From: Euprymna scolopes | Lineage: Eukaryota | NCBI GenBank assembly: GCA_053919585.1 | Contig: CM132796.1 | Direction: 5' to 3' (one strand) | Length of the DNA stretch: 64,000 nt | Part shown: piece by piece, positions 26,212 to 37,097 of the stretch | How the letters are laid out: each line of letters begins with the position of its first letter | Numbering within the stretch: the first letter of the stretch is position 1 | Notes under the pieces: model-generated | Told to the model about the DNA's origin: nothing | The model's input: only the letters and a program-made list of their open reading frames with translations | Database searches by the model: none | Position numbers and translations under genes: made by a program

Positions 26212-26657
26212 CACAGAAGAGATGTTGCGAGTTTGTCTCTGCTTTATCGTTATTTTCATGGAAAGTGTTCGACTGAGCTTCAATCTATGGTCCCCCCTCG
26301 CCAAACTTTCACAAGAAACACTCGACTAGCTGAAAACACTATCAATAGTTCCCCCCACTCTTTATCTGTTATCTAAACCTAAACATAGATTCCATGATCA
26401 AAGCTTCTTTCTTAGAACTGCACGCCTGTGGAATTGTCTTCCGTTTTCCTGCTTTCCAGCTGTCTATAATATGGTTGTCTTCAAGTCCAACGTGAACAAG
26501 TTTCTGATGAGCCGTTCCCCTTAAATTAACAAATTTACCGAACTTCCTTTACTATCGATTACTATATTGTCCTTTTGACTACTCTACACTCTTTAACCCT
26601 TATCCCTGAGTGGCCTCTCGGCATTGATAAGTGGTGATGCCTATGTAAAAAAAAAAG
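26212..26657 (+). mobile_element. LINE family 1 3' fragment
   Basis: Same 3' tail and poly(A) as 14141-14560. Confidence 0.88.
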
Positions 26658-26814
26658 AAGTCAGCATTCTATTCTGGAGGTAATTATAATATGTTATTAT
26701 GGATGATAACGACTACCAGTTGTCAAAATTTCAGCTTTTCACAGTTGTTATTTCTAACTAATATTAGGTTTTAAAATTTCGCCCCTTAGTTTTTGACGCT
26801 ACTGTATATATAAT

Positions 26815-26995
26815 TATTTACTATGATAATTATTAAATACCTACAGACACTAATGTTTCATTCTTTTCGGGAATAATCAATGCGGGGTGTCCTGATTAAA
26901 CCTGTCGATAGATCCAAACTCGGCGACAGAAGCTATCCCTGACTTCATTGGCAAGGACCCAATCCATTCAGCTACCGTTAAATGCGAGAAATGGT
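26815..26995 (-). mobile_element. Second family C tRNA-SINE/hammerhead copy
   Basis: The reverse complement aligns with 24615-24783: A box tagctgaatgg, then ccgca-TTGATTA-ttcccgaaaagaat-GAAA-cattagtg-TC-tgtagg. Confidence 0.7.
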
Positions 26996-27075
26996 ATTAA
27001 ATTTTAAGCATTTATTTTTTAACGTCTGTCAGCATGATCTAACCATTATATAATGATCTACACATAAGAGCTGAA

Positions 27076-27111
<36 letters not shown>

Positions 27112-27123
27112 GTTGAGACAGAT

Positions 27124-27198
27124 CATTGGTACCATCGGTTTCAAGCCCAATAATAAGGCCCGTTTAAGGTATCCTTATCAAGCTCTCTTCAGCCAATA
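27124..27198 (-). ncRNA. Minimal type I hammerhead ribozyme (left arm of fold-back)
   Basis: tattgg-CTGAAGA-[gagctt gataagg ... ccttatt att gggctt]-GAAA-ccgatgg-TA-ccaatg. Core intact, 6-bp stem I, GUA cleavage triplet. Confidence 0.85.
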
Positions 27199-27214
27199 TT
27201 CGTCTCTTCGTCTT

Positions 27215-27290
27215 TATTCGGCTGAAGAGAGCTTGATAAGGATACCTTAAACGGGCCTTATTATTGGGCTTGAAACCGACGGTACCAATG
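27215..27290 (+). ncRNA. Minimal type I hammerhead ribozyme (right arm of fold-back)
   Basis: tattcgg-CTGAAGA(27222)-stem II-GAAA(27272)-ccgacgg-TA-ccaatg; stem I has one bulged C. Confidence 0.8.
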
Positions 27291-27400
27291 ATCTGTCTCA
27301 ACTAACAACTTTCTGTACACAAAATATAAATACGCTCTTAAAATTTAGATTTTCCTTTTAATTGAGCACTCTGCTGGAATTCTTTTTCCAAAAAAAACTA

Positions 27401-27480
<80 letters not shown>

Positions 27481-28009
27481 TGAACATTTTTACTGGACAC
27501 ACTCGCACAGCTTCCAAATGTATAAGATCTACAAGTACACTGTATTATATTAGAAATGACTGAAAAATCATAGTATTTTTATTGAGGTCAGATGCCAAGG
27601 TCTTATTGCGAACACAGCGTCCACATTCTTGAACAATCTTGTTTTCCCCCATTGAGCAAGAGTAAAGAAAAAGAAAATAGAAGGCAAGGCTCTATCTGCA
27701 TCAGAGTGACTATGGCAATCTCCCAGAGTAATGACAATCCATCGAAGTCTAATAGTATTGTGAGATACTTTTGAAGCTCTCTGGTCTAGGGATGTATCAA
27801 CCCTGAAACTATGCCTAAGCCTAGAGTCATCATTTGATGAAGGCTTTGTTCGAAGCAATGCTGCCGTACAAGTAAAAGTTATTGTATAAACATTTTACAT
27901 TGTGCAATATATATGATATAGTATTATAAATAAACAAACAAATCAAGCACTCTAAAAGTAGCGGTCAAATGCTGATATAAAAAGAAATTTGAAGATATCA
28001 TTTGTAAGC

Positions 28010-28147
28010 GCAGATCCCGTGTGTCAGAGGTTAGAATTGCCAACTTTCGACTAGATGGTTGTAGCTTCAATCCCTTGCTCATGATGGGTGCTAATCTAGC
28101 CGCACTGAAAACTGTGACACAATGAAACAGTTTGTCTGTGGATGACT
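28010..28147 (+). mobile_element. tRNA-SINE/hammerhead family A, degenerate copy
   Basis: tctagccgca-CTGAAAA-ctgtgacacaat-GAAA-cagtttg-TC-tgtggatgactata is homologous to the reverse complement of 60146-60200; decayed tRNA-like head upstream. Confidence 0.75.
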
Positions 28148-28869
28148 ATATATATAATATATATAAAAGGCTATATGTCTGCCTGTCAATCTCTATATTT
28201 TCAAACTCTATCTCTTACGAAACTAAAAGTCTCAGAGCAGCGCTAACGTCCTCAAACGATTGGATTTTTATGGACCGTTCTTTTATGGGTCTTTAGTTGG
28301 TTAAAATAGTTTTAAGGGGTCAGAAATTGACCAAAATTGAAAAAACTCCTTATAAATTTTGTACATTTAGTTTATGCTTAATTTTTAATCAGTTCATATG
28401 CGTGTCACGTTGATACAGTGATAACGTCACTAGCTTTGAATGCTACAGTTTTGCTCATGGTTTCGATTCTACCTGATTGCACCCCAATATTTTTTTTTTT
28501 TTTTTTTTTTTGGAAATCGTATATATACTAATATATACGAAACATATGTTTGTTATATATATTATAGCAATGTGGACCGTAGCTTAAGGGGTTGCGTCTT
28601 GTAGAAATTACTAAGATCCACACTAACAATTATTTTTTTTTATAAAAGTATTGCAAAATGAATACCGGCAGATAAAAACAAGAGGAAAACATGAATATAC
28701 AATGACAGAATAAAACATTATTTAATGAACACAAAATTACAAGAAATTTTATCTGATTAAGTGTTCATTTTAAATGTTCAGTTCTCAAAAGTTGTGTTAG
28801 AAATCTTACGAGCAATAAAATGAATATGTGTGTGCTTGTAATTTGTGAGTGTGTATATGACAGGGCAAA

Positions 28870-29185
28870 AATCTTAAATAATTTGCAATTGTATTCTCGG
28901 TATCGCCCGTATTGAGAATTGAACCTCCAACCTCCAGAAGAGTATCACTTGGAAGTAAATTTTGCTTAGTACTTTATCCGTTGCACCACGAGTCAAAGCT
29001 GATGGGGTGTGATCATGCTACCCTCGTGGATTAAATAAATGGGTTTCATTCGAAATTCTGATCAGATCCCTGAGTTTTAAATAAATATTTTCGAGTTCTA
29101 CAAAGTACATTTGAAGCAAGTCGGAGGTTACATCGAGTGAGATAATGTGAGAATAACACTCAGTAGCTCAAATAATTCAAATATT
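28870..29185. mobile_element. Rearranged tRNA-SINE family B copy (head on minus strand, body on plus)
   Basis: 28870-28995 matches 62220-62340 in the same orientation; 29010-29185 matches the reverse complement of 62030-62190. Confidence 0.6.
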
Positions 29186-29606
29186 ACGGTAATGAATCTG
29201 TTTTCTTTTAGTTACATGTTTTTATTTTGTTTTCCAAAACAACTGTATGCTCAAATATTTTACATTGATTTAAGATGTTTCANNNNNNNNNNNNNNNNNN
29301 NNNNNNNNNNNNNNNNNNNNNNNNNNNNNNNNNNNNNNNNNNNNNNNNNNNNNNNNNNNNNNNNNNNNNNNNNNNNNNNNNNNNNNNNNNNNNNNNNNNN
29401 NNNNNNNNNNNNNNNNNNNNNNNNNNNNNNNNNNNNNNNNNNNNNNNNNNNNNNNNNNNNNNNNNNNNNNNNNNAAGTTTCATTCTTTTTCTTTTCTCAC
29501 TTACTAAATACAAATTCAGTCCTTGAAAGCATTTTTTTTTCTCTCAAAATTACTTTCTTTTGATTGATTACGCTTCAGTTCTTTAACTTTTTAATAGGTT
29601 TTCACC

Positions 29607-30155
29607 TTTTTGGTCCCTCGACAAAAGGAGGGGGTGAACCTGTAAATTCACCCCTGTCCGTTCGTCCGTTCGTATGTCCGCACTTTTCTTAATAATTATG
29701 CCTTGGAATTTTTTGAAATTGTTCACAAACATTAAACATGATATGAGTAAAAAAGTAACAGAACGGATTTTCCGCCAAAACTCCGGCTGCCCACCTAGGG
29801 GTGCCTTTCGGGTTAAAATTGCTAAAATTGTCACTTTTGTGCTTATTAAAAAAAAATTGATGCCTTGGATTTTTATATAATTTTCTGTAAAGTTGTAAAT
29901 AACTGATTTCTATATAATTTTGTTTGTCTATACTTCGCGATAACTTTTGGGTGTGCCCCAGGAGCTCTTTTAGGGCTAATAAAAACACTCCATTTTTGGG
30001 AATATTTTATCATATTTGTCCAAAATTTTCTATGTATGTCTATTTAGAAGTTTTGCATGCTGCTAAACTCAAATTTAAATATGTAAAGGCCTTGGGGACT
30101 TTTGAGGTTTAATGGGGGGGGGGGCGACAAATGATGGATTTAGTCATTTTTTTCA
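29607..30155 (+). mobile_element. Non-autonomous Helentron/DINE-like repeat
   Basis: ttttggtcc start with (gtccgttc)n microsatellite; highly similar inverted copy at ~44640-45325. Confidence 0.65.
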
Positions 30156-30159
30156 TGGT

Positions 30160-31496
30160 GCATCATCATGACGGGCTCCTTTCCCGGACCAATGTGACTC
30201 TTCCTCCTCACTAGCTGCCTCAGATCTTCAGGTTCACAGTTGGCGCGTGTGCTATTTGCTGGATGTACGTGGATCTAGGTCGTCCTTTGCTTGCGCGTCC
30301 ATGTCGTGGAGGCCATAGCAATACATCACTCACCAATTTATGCTTGCTCCTAAGACAATGACCAGCAAATCGTATGCGTCTTTCTCTGATTGTATTAGAT
30401 ATGGCAGGTAGGTTGCCATACAGTTGCTGCTTCGTGGGATGATTTTGCCAAGATATATTTAATACTATTTATAGCATATGGATGTATGTGCCGTCTAGTT
30501 TTCTTTCCAATCTTTTGGTGAGTGTCCAGGTTGTAGCACCGTAAACAAGGATAGACTCTAACACTGCCCTGAAGAACTGCCTTTTCAGTTTGTTAGTTAA
30601 TCCCGAAGTCCATACTGAACGCAGCCAATCCAATGCGGTCCATGCTTTTGAGATGCAAATTTCGATATCTCTCTCTGTGGAAGCTATGTTGCTGCCCAGA
30701 TACGTAAACTCAGCGACTTCTTTCAGTGTTGACCAACCAGAGTCCTGTTCTCTCCTTTCACGTCGAAAGTCATAAACTTTGTCTTATCCGCATTAATGTG
30801 GAAACCAATGTCATTTGCAGATTTTTTCTAGTTTAGGTAACAGTGTTTGCGCATCAGCAGTGTTGTTCACGAACAAAGCAATATCGTCTGCGTAATATGC
30901 ATCAGTTATGTGTGTTGTTTGATGACGTCTGTTTCTGGATTCATTTAAGGTGAAGCCTAGGGTGTTGTGTATATCAACAGAGGTGCGAAGTACAAAGTCA
31001 AGACAGACAGTGAAAACAAAAGGGGCAAGAGTATCTTCTTGTAGAACCCCGGTGCGGATGTCGGAAAATTCAGTGTCCCCATCTGGGGACCTAACCATCA
31101 TGATAGCATCTGGGGACCTAACCATCATGATAGCATTAATGACTTCATTTGGAATGCCATATACTTTTAATATGCTGGTCATTTTTCCTCTATGGACGGA
31201 GTTGAATGCTTTAGAGAAATCTACAAAGATCATGACTGCCTCAATGTTTTTGGCTTTGACTCCTTCAATTAGTCTCCTAACAGTAAGTATTTGACTAGTA
31301 GTAGAGCGATTCTTTCTAAATCCATTTTGGTTCTTTCTGAGCACTTCTTCGATCTTTGGTTGGATACGGTTGAGAAGCATGGCAATGTAGATTTTTGCTG
31401 CAATTGGAGTGAGTGTTATTCCTCTGTAGTTGCTTGGTATGCTTAGGTCACCCTTCTTGGGGAAGGGAAGTATGCATCCTTCCCTCCATATTCTGA
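30160..31496 (-). mobile_element. 5'-truncated RTE-clade LINE
   Basis: PKKGDLS..SNYRGITL, NQNGFRKNRST, FVDFSKAF, GVLQEDTLAP, YADDIAL; (gat)n-type tail at ~30160; 27-bp internal duplication at ~31079-31137. Confidence 0.92.
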
Positions 31497-32530
31497 TATT
31501 CTCCAATACAAAGGAAGACCGTATAAAACACATAGATAAGGTCTTAGGTAGTTTGCGCAAGCATAACCTTAGTTTAAAGGCAACAAAGTGTGAGTTTTTT
31601 AGTAAAGAAATACAGTATCTGGGGTTCAAAGTTAGTGAGTGGATAAAGTCAAGTCTATAAAAATGATTTCGACTCCAACCACTGTAAAGCAAGTAAGAGC
31701 TTTCATGGGTATGACATCGTACTATCGGCGATTTATAAAAAAAATTTCCGATATCGCCGAGCTGTTAATCCGATTAACGTGGAAGCATGCACCATTTTAT
31801 TGGGATGATGCATGTCAGTTGGTCTTTGATAGTCTAAAAATGAAGCTTTCAGATATGGTAACACTGGCTTATCCCGATCCGGATAAGGACTACTGTATAC
31901 AGATGCCTCTTATATTTCGATTGGGGCATGTCTGTCACAAATGGTCTATGACACAAGGGAGGGTAAAGAGGTACAAAAACCTATTTACTTTTTTATCCCA
32001 TAAGTTGAGTGATACTCAAACCAGATGGTCAACGATAGAAAAAGAGGCATATGCGATACACTATGCCCTGAATAAATTAAATCACTATTTGCATAGTGCA
32101 ACGTTCACCATCCATACAGATCGTAGACCATTGGAGTATTTACTAAACTCACCAATACAAAATAGGAAGATACAGACGTGGGCTTTAAGTATGGATGGTT
32201 ATAATTGCACCATACAGTACGTGAAGGGGAAAGACAACGTCGGTGCGGATCTCTTGTTGCGTGCTGTGGATTCGAGGCAGGACAATGATGATCCCCCAGT
32301 AGAAATAGACAGTAGGAATTACACGGTGAGTGCAATAAATTCAAATTTGTTTGAGCCAAAAGATTTTGCATCATATAAGGATGCTGAAGACTCGTCGGTA
32401 GCACACGGGCATCCTACATTATCGCGTTTAGATGTATGTAAGGAACAGGAAGTAGATAGGGAGATTGTAGATTTAAAGATGCGAATGAAAAGCGGTAAAG
32501 CATCCAAGATGGAACAGAAAAAAAGTACAT
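31497..32530 (+). pseudogene. Gypsy RT C-terminus/RNase H fragment (different family from 1578-6846)
   Basis: KCEFFSKEIQYLG, VRAFMGMTSYYRRFI, RWSTIEKEAYAI, HTDRRPL, GKDNVGADLL motifs. Confidence 0.9.
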
Positions 32531-32911
32531 ACGAATTGGAACAAAGGAAGTATATAACAGATCACACAATTCTGAAGACCATGCTATAATAGTATTTATA
32601 AAAAAAACTGAGACTAGCAACATCACGTCTGTAAGTGAGAAGTTGCAAAGAAGAAAGTTTTAAGAAGAAAGTTGCAAAGAAATCAAATTCTATAATATAG
32701 ATTTAGGTCATTTTGATAGATAATCAGGCGATCAGGAAGAAAGAACACCTTCAAAATAGTTTTATAAAAATGTAATGTTTCTCTTATTTAATGCGTGACT
32801 AGTTCATGCACAAATGTTTAATTTTTCATTGTAAGTTGATCATTCAAAGTTCAATAAATAAAGTGTTGAAAATAGGAGTGGCAGAGTTTTTTAATGGGAC
32901 TTATTTGGTAT

Positions 32912-33748
32912 TTTTTTTTACATTGACGCCGGTACTTATCAAGGTCCAAAGCCTATTCGAGGATAAGGGCTAAAGAGTGTCACTAGTCAATTGGGACAAT
33001 ATCATAGGAATCGTTAGTAGTGTAAATTCGGTAAATTTATTAACTTAAGTGGAATGGCTCATCTAGAACTTGTTTATGTTGAACTTGACGACGACCAAAT
33101 TGTAGTCAGCTGGAGAGCATGTAAACAGGTTCCACGGGTGTGCAGTTCTAAGAAAGAAGCCTTGTTCATGGAATCTAGGTTTAGGTTTAGGCACAGATAA
33201 AGATGTTACATAGGGTTATCATTGAAGTTCTCACTAGGGTTATCATAGAGGGGCGCCAAATCGACGTTTGGTGTATAACATAAAATAATTCCGTGTGCGT
33301 GTGATTGTCTCTAATATAAAGGGTTGAGTGTTTGATTATCATAAAGGGAATCGTGTGTGAGCGACATGTATTTTCAGAACCTACCTCTGCTTCTTCGGTG
33401 TTGGACCATCTGGAAATTTCTCATCCTGGAGGGAGACTTGATACCTGTTTTTGGATGAAGATTCAATCACTCCAAGACAAGTAATTAGTTTTATAGTTTT
33501 TATTTCACTTTCTTCAGATGTCCTGCAGAAGGTGGAAGTGAAATCGGCCTGTGTGGGTTCTTCTTCTACACACGTCAACGTTTGCCCCCCCCCCCCCGTG
33601 GAGAGGAGGAGACAACGGGAAGCCGTCCGTTGTCTTCTGTTTCCAAATCAAATCTCCCCGATCTATCCAACCTAACCACGTCACTCATACGTAATCTGGT
33701 CAGCTGACCTTCGGTTCTGGTAAACGTGTCTACACTCCACGTTTACTC

Positions 33749-33787
<39 letters not shown>

Positions 33788-34085
33788 GTAACAAAGAGTG
33801 TGGGAAATTATTGATATTGTTTTCAGCTAAACGAGTGTTTTTCATGAAATTTTAGCAAAGGGGGACCATAGATTGGAGCTTAGACGAGCACTTGCCATGA
33901 AAATAACGACAAAGCAGAGACATACTCGGAACGTCTTTTCTGTGAGGAAGAGGTTGCAGGGAAGAGAAAAGGGCATCCCTTACTAGGCTACAAATCTATT
34001 TTGAACTCTGTCAAGGTAGGATAAGTCTTTCTAGCAGCTCCTGTCCAGATGTGGCAACAATACTCGATCCTTCAGTACCTGTGTG
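32912..34085 (-). mobile_element. LINE family 1 3' fragment interrupted by a solo LTR
   Basis: Colinear with 14141-14720 on either side of the insertion. Confidence 0.85.
33204..33793. mobile_element. Solo LTR with 4-bp TSD
   Basis: TGTTACA...TGTAACA ends; aaga duplicated at 33200-33203 and 33794-33797, splitting the LINE sequence gataaaga|gtg. Confidence 0.88.
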
Positions 34086-34779
34086 CTCAACATGCATTGT
34101 CCTTTGGTGTCAAAGCTTCTGTCCACTATATTTATCCGCTCGTTTAGTGTCCATTATATTTATCCGCTCGTTCCTGTTATTAGTAATATTGTTCATAAAA
34201 TATATGCATTTTCTTACGTTTGCAGTCGCCCAGGCCAGGAATGAGTTTTCTTCTATTTGCCAGCATATATTCATAAGTCGCCTTCTGTCTGACCCTGCGC
34301 ACTTGACCCTTCATAACCTCCAACTTCCCATAAGCTTTTTATTCTCCCTATTATTCATATGACTCTAACACTTTTCCATCTATTTTATATTTCTCTTAAT
34401 CTGTCTATCTGTCTGTCTGTCTGTCCATTTTACTATTTATCCAAAACTACTGGGCCGATCTGACTGAAATGTTGGATGGATCTTTATAATCATAAAGTAC
34501 ACGGAACTAAGTATTATGGTATCCATTCGATGCACAGTTAGGGATTAGCAGGGATTAGTAGTTAATGCAAAAGTAAACAACAATTGTAACCATATTCAAT
34601 TATCAATTAAGCATAAAATACTCATTCTAAATCAACAGGCTTTGCCCATTTTTAATGGGATAAAAATGCCTAGTCTATTACTGTATTCAAAGATAAGCTA
34701 CTATTAAATAAACAAAATTTAAATAACTCAAGACAATCACATTATGCGTGAATTCAAAAGAATCAAACCCAACACAAAT

Positions 34780-35196
34780 AAATTATGTGTAACAATAATC
34801 TTTATTTCTTCTGATGTATCCCCAACAAGTAAGCATGAGGAAGGAAGTCATGTACCTTTCACCGTTCAGGTATTACATCCATCAAAGATTAAAAAAAAAG
34901 AAACTGTCACACATGCGTTCATTCGTTGGAAAATAAAAAGATGCACTTCACAATTTTCTAGTTCGAAAATGTAAGGCACTTTATAGTCGTGTTGGGTTTT
35001 GTTTTAGTTAAATTATGATTTGTTGACTATTTTTTTTTTTTCATTTATTTTGGGGTGAACATATTTGTATCACATTGTTATGAATTTATTACTGTCACTT
35101 CTTACATTTTAAAAATATTTTACAAACCTTTACAATTTAAAAATATGAAATCCTATATTTTTTTGAAATTCTATGTTTTTATGATTACCAATTATA

Positions 35197-35263
<67 letters not shown>

Positions 35264-36757
35264 GAAAGACTGAAGCTCAACAAATTACTTACAAGGGTCA
35301 GAGTTCTCAAAATATGACAACTGCTGTGGATCTCATGTATGCTTTCGAAAACGAGGCGAAACGAAATAGTTTTGTCTAAATAAGACAAATATTTGTCTAA
35401 ATAAGACAAATATTTGTCTAAATAAGACAAATATTTGTGAATTATAAAGACAATTTCAGGAGGAGAAGAATTTTATCCCATTGTTGCTAAATGACAGCGT
35501 ATAAATATTTAAATATACATAAGAAACTGGGTTCTCTCTATTTCCCCAAATTTTCTTATTTTATGTGAACTGAAACGACGTCTCAGACTCCAGAGAACAC
35601 CACAAGTTGTTCTCAAAGGGCTATCTTTGAGGATGGCTTGTGTGACTACTCCTAATAATTATAAATTACCAAAATAAACTTAACAACGTATATATTTATA
35701 ATTCTGGATCTTTTAGAACTTTGGCGTCTGACAACAATCTGTATTTTTATTCCATATTCAGACGTGCAAGTTGGAAAAAATCCAGCAACAACAAAAACAA
35801 CATATGAGTCCAATGGAAGAAAGGAAATCATTCTAGAATTTTCCAGAGTAAAACACACAATTATATGAATATATATAAATTTATATGCATATATTTGTAT
35901 AAATAGATAGATATATATATATATATATATATACATTATAAAGGATAACAAAATGTAAACAGAAAATTAAGAACAACTTAAAACTTTGAAGTCAGTTCAT
36001 TCTTCATTGAAAGAGCAAAAAATGTTCAAGACTTTAAATTTTATAACAGGAATCTATAGAAAGATCAGTTAAAATTTTGAACCATGATTTCACCCAGATT
36101 CTAGATGATGCTCGAGTATGAAGTCAAACGTTCTAACTGAGCTGATAAAAAAGCATTTCAATGTTTGTAAACTTTTGATTTTTTTAATGTATTTTATCCT
36201 TCATAAATTGTCAGATATATCCATTTTAGTTTCTCAAAATAGATATCATATACAAGTGTGCATTACTTTGTACTAATCATCGGAAACACATCACCGTATT
36301 CAATATGCAGAGGGCAGTGGACACGGAATAACAGAAAATTATATAAATAAGTTAGCTTTAACAGTTGAAGATTACTTTAGCATAAAAATTCGGTAAGGCA
36401 CAAGTAAAATAATAGAATTCTTTCTGTTTTATTATTATAAAGCTCTACTGTTATGATAGTGAGCACTGTTTTACAAAGACTGTAAACCATATTGTAATTA
36501 TTTTACTACACTAGGAGCTGCATGTTATAAATATATATATAAACTTTTGTATATACTTTTAATGTACAAGTTTTTTTATATATGTATATATAAATACTTA
36601 TAAAGTGTATACCTTAAAAGAATATCAAAAGTTGTTCAGGATACAGTAATAATTAGTACGGATGTGTGCATGTATTTTTCATCACGTATTTATATATAAC
36701 AAGTAAACATATGCATATATATATATATGCATATATATATACACACATAAATATATA

Positions 36758-36790
<33 letters not shown>

Positions 36791-36934
36791 CAACAGGTTG
36801 TTTCGTACACATCTAGAAGGCAAGCAAGTTCCATCATTGCACTCGCCGTTCTTTCTTGTTAATAGTGATCTGCATGCTCTTCTCCACGTGTGGGCAATGA
36901 TTGTCAAACAGTTCACAATCTCCAATTGGAATCA
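34780..36934 (-). other. unc-22: Probable terminal exon of the twitchin-like gene (TGA stop then 3' UTR; distal limit uncertain)
   Basis: Strong acceptor ttttcgcttcttttgcag at 36935 is followed immediately by TGA, in phase 0 with the previous exon. Largely transposon-free UTR-like sequence follows; candidate AATAAA at 34801-34806 (minus). Confidence 0.55.
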
Positions 36935-36983
36935 CTGCAAAAGAAGCGAAAATAAAATTACAGATATATTATCAATCATCGTA

Positions 36984-37051
36984 CAAGGTGTCCCAATAAA
37001 ATGTATACATTCTTTAAATAATCATAAGATGAACATCTATCTATCTATATA

Positions 37052-37097
<46 letters not shown>

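Larger units (their letters stand above)
27105..27309. repeat. 90-bp inverted repeat with 25-nt loop (Penelope pLTR-like inverted insertion)
   Basis: Arms 27105-27194 and 27220-27309 differ at one position; lies between (TA)n tracts. Confidence 0.95.

Noticed and set aside
26500-26520. CTGATGA in LINE family 1 tails (also ~56332) and at ~12077 and ~17073
   Set aside because: No downstream stem II-GAAA arrangement; chance matches.
24575-26995. Composite transposon bounded by the two inverted family C copies
   Set aside because: The copies are substantially diverged from each other and no TSD is visible; independent insertions are more likely.
27568-27858. 96-aa minus-strand ORF with a possible upstream acceptor as a further exon of the Ig gene
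   Set aside because: No recognisable domain and no donor, and the gene appears to stop at 36932. It cannot be supported without RNA data.
30811-31692. 293-aa ORF as a novel gene
   Set aside because: It is a chimera of antisense Gypsy sequence (first ~65 aa) and an RTE RT fragment.
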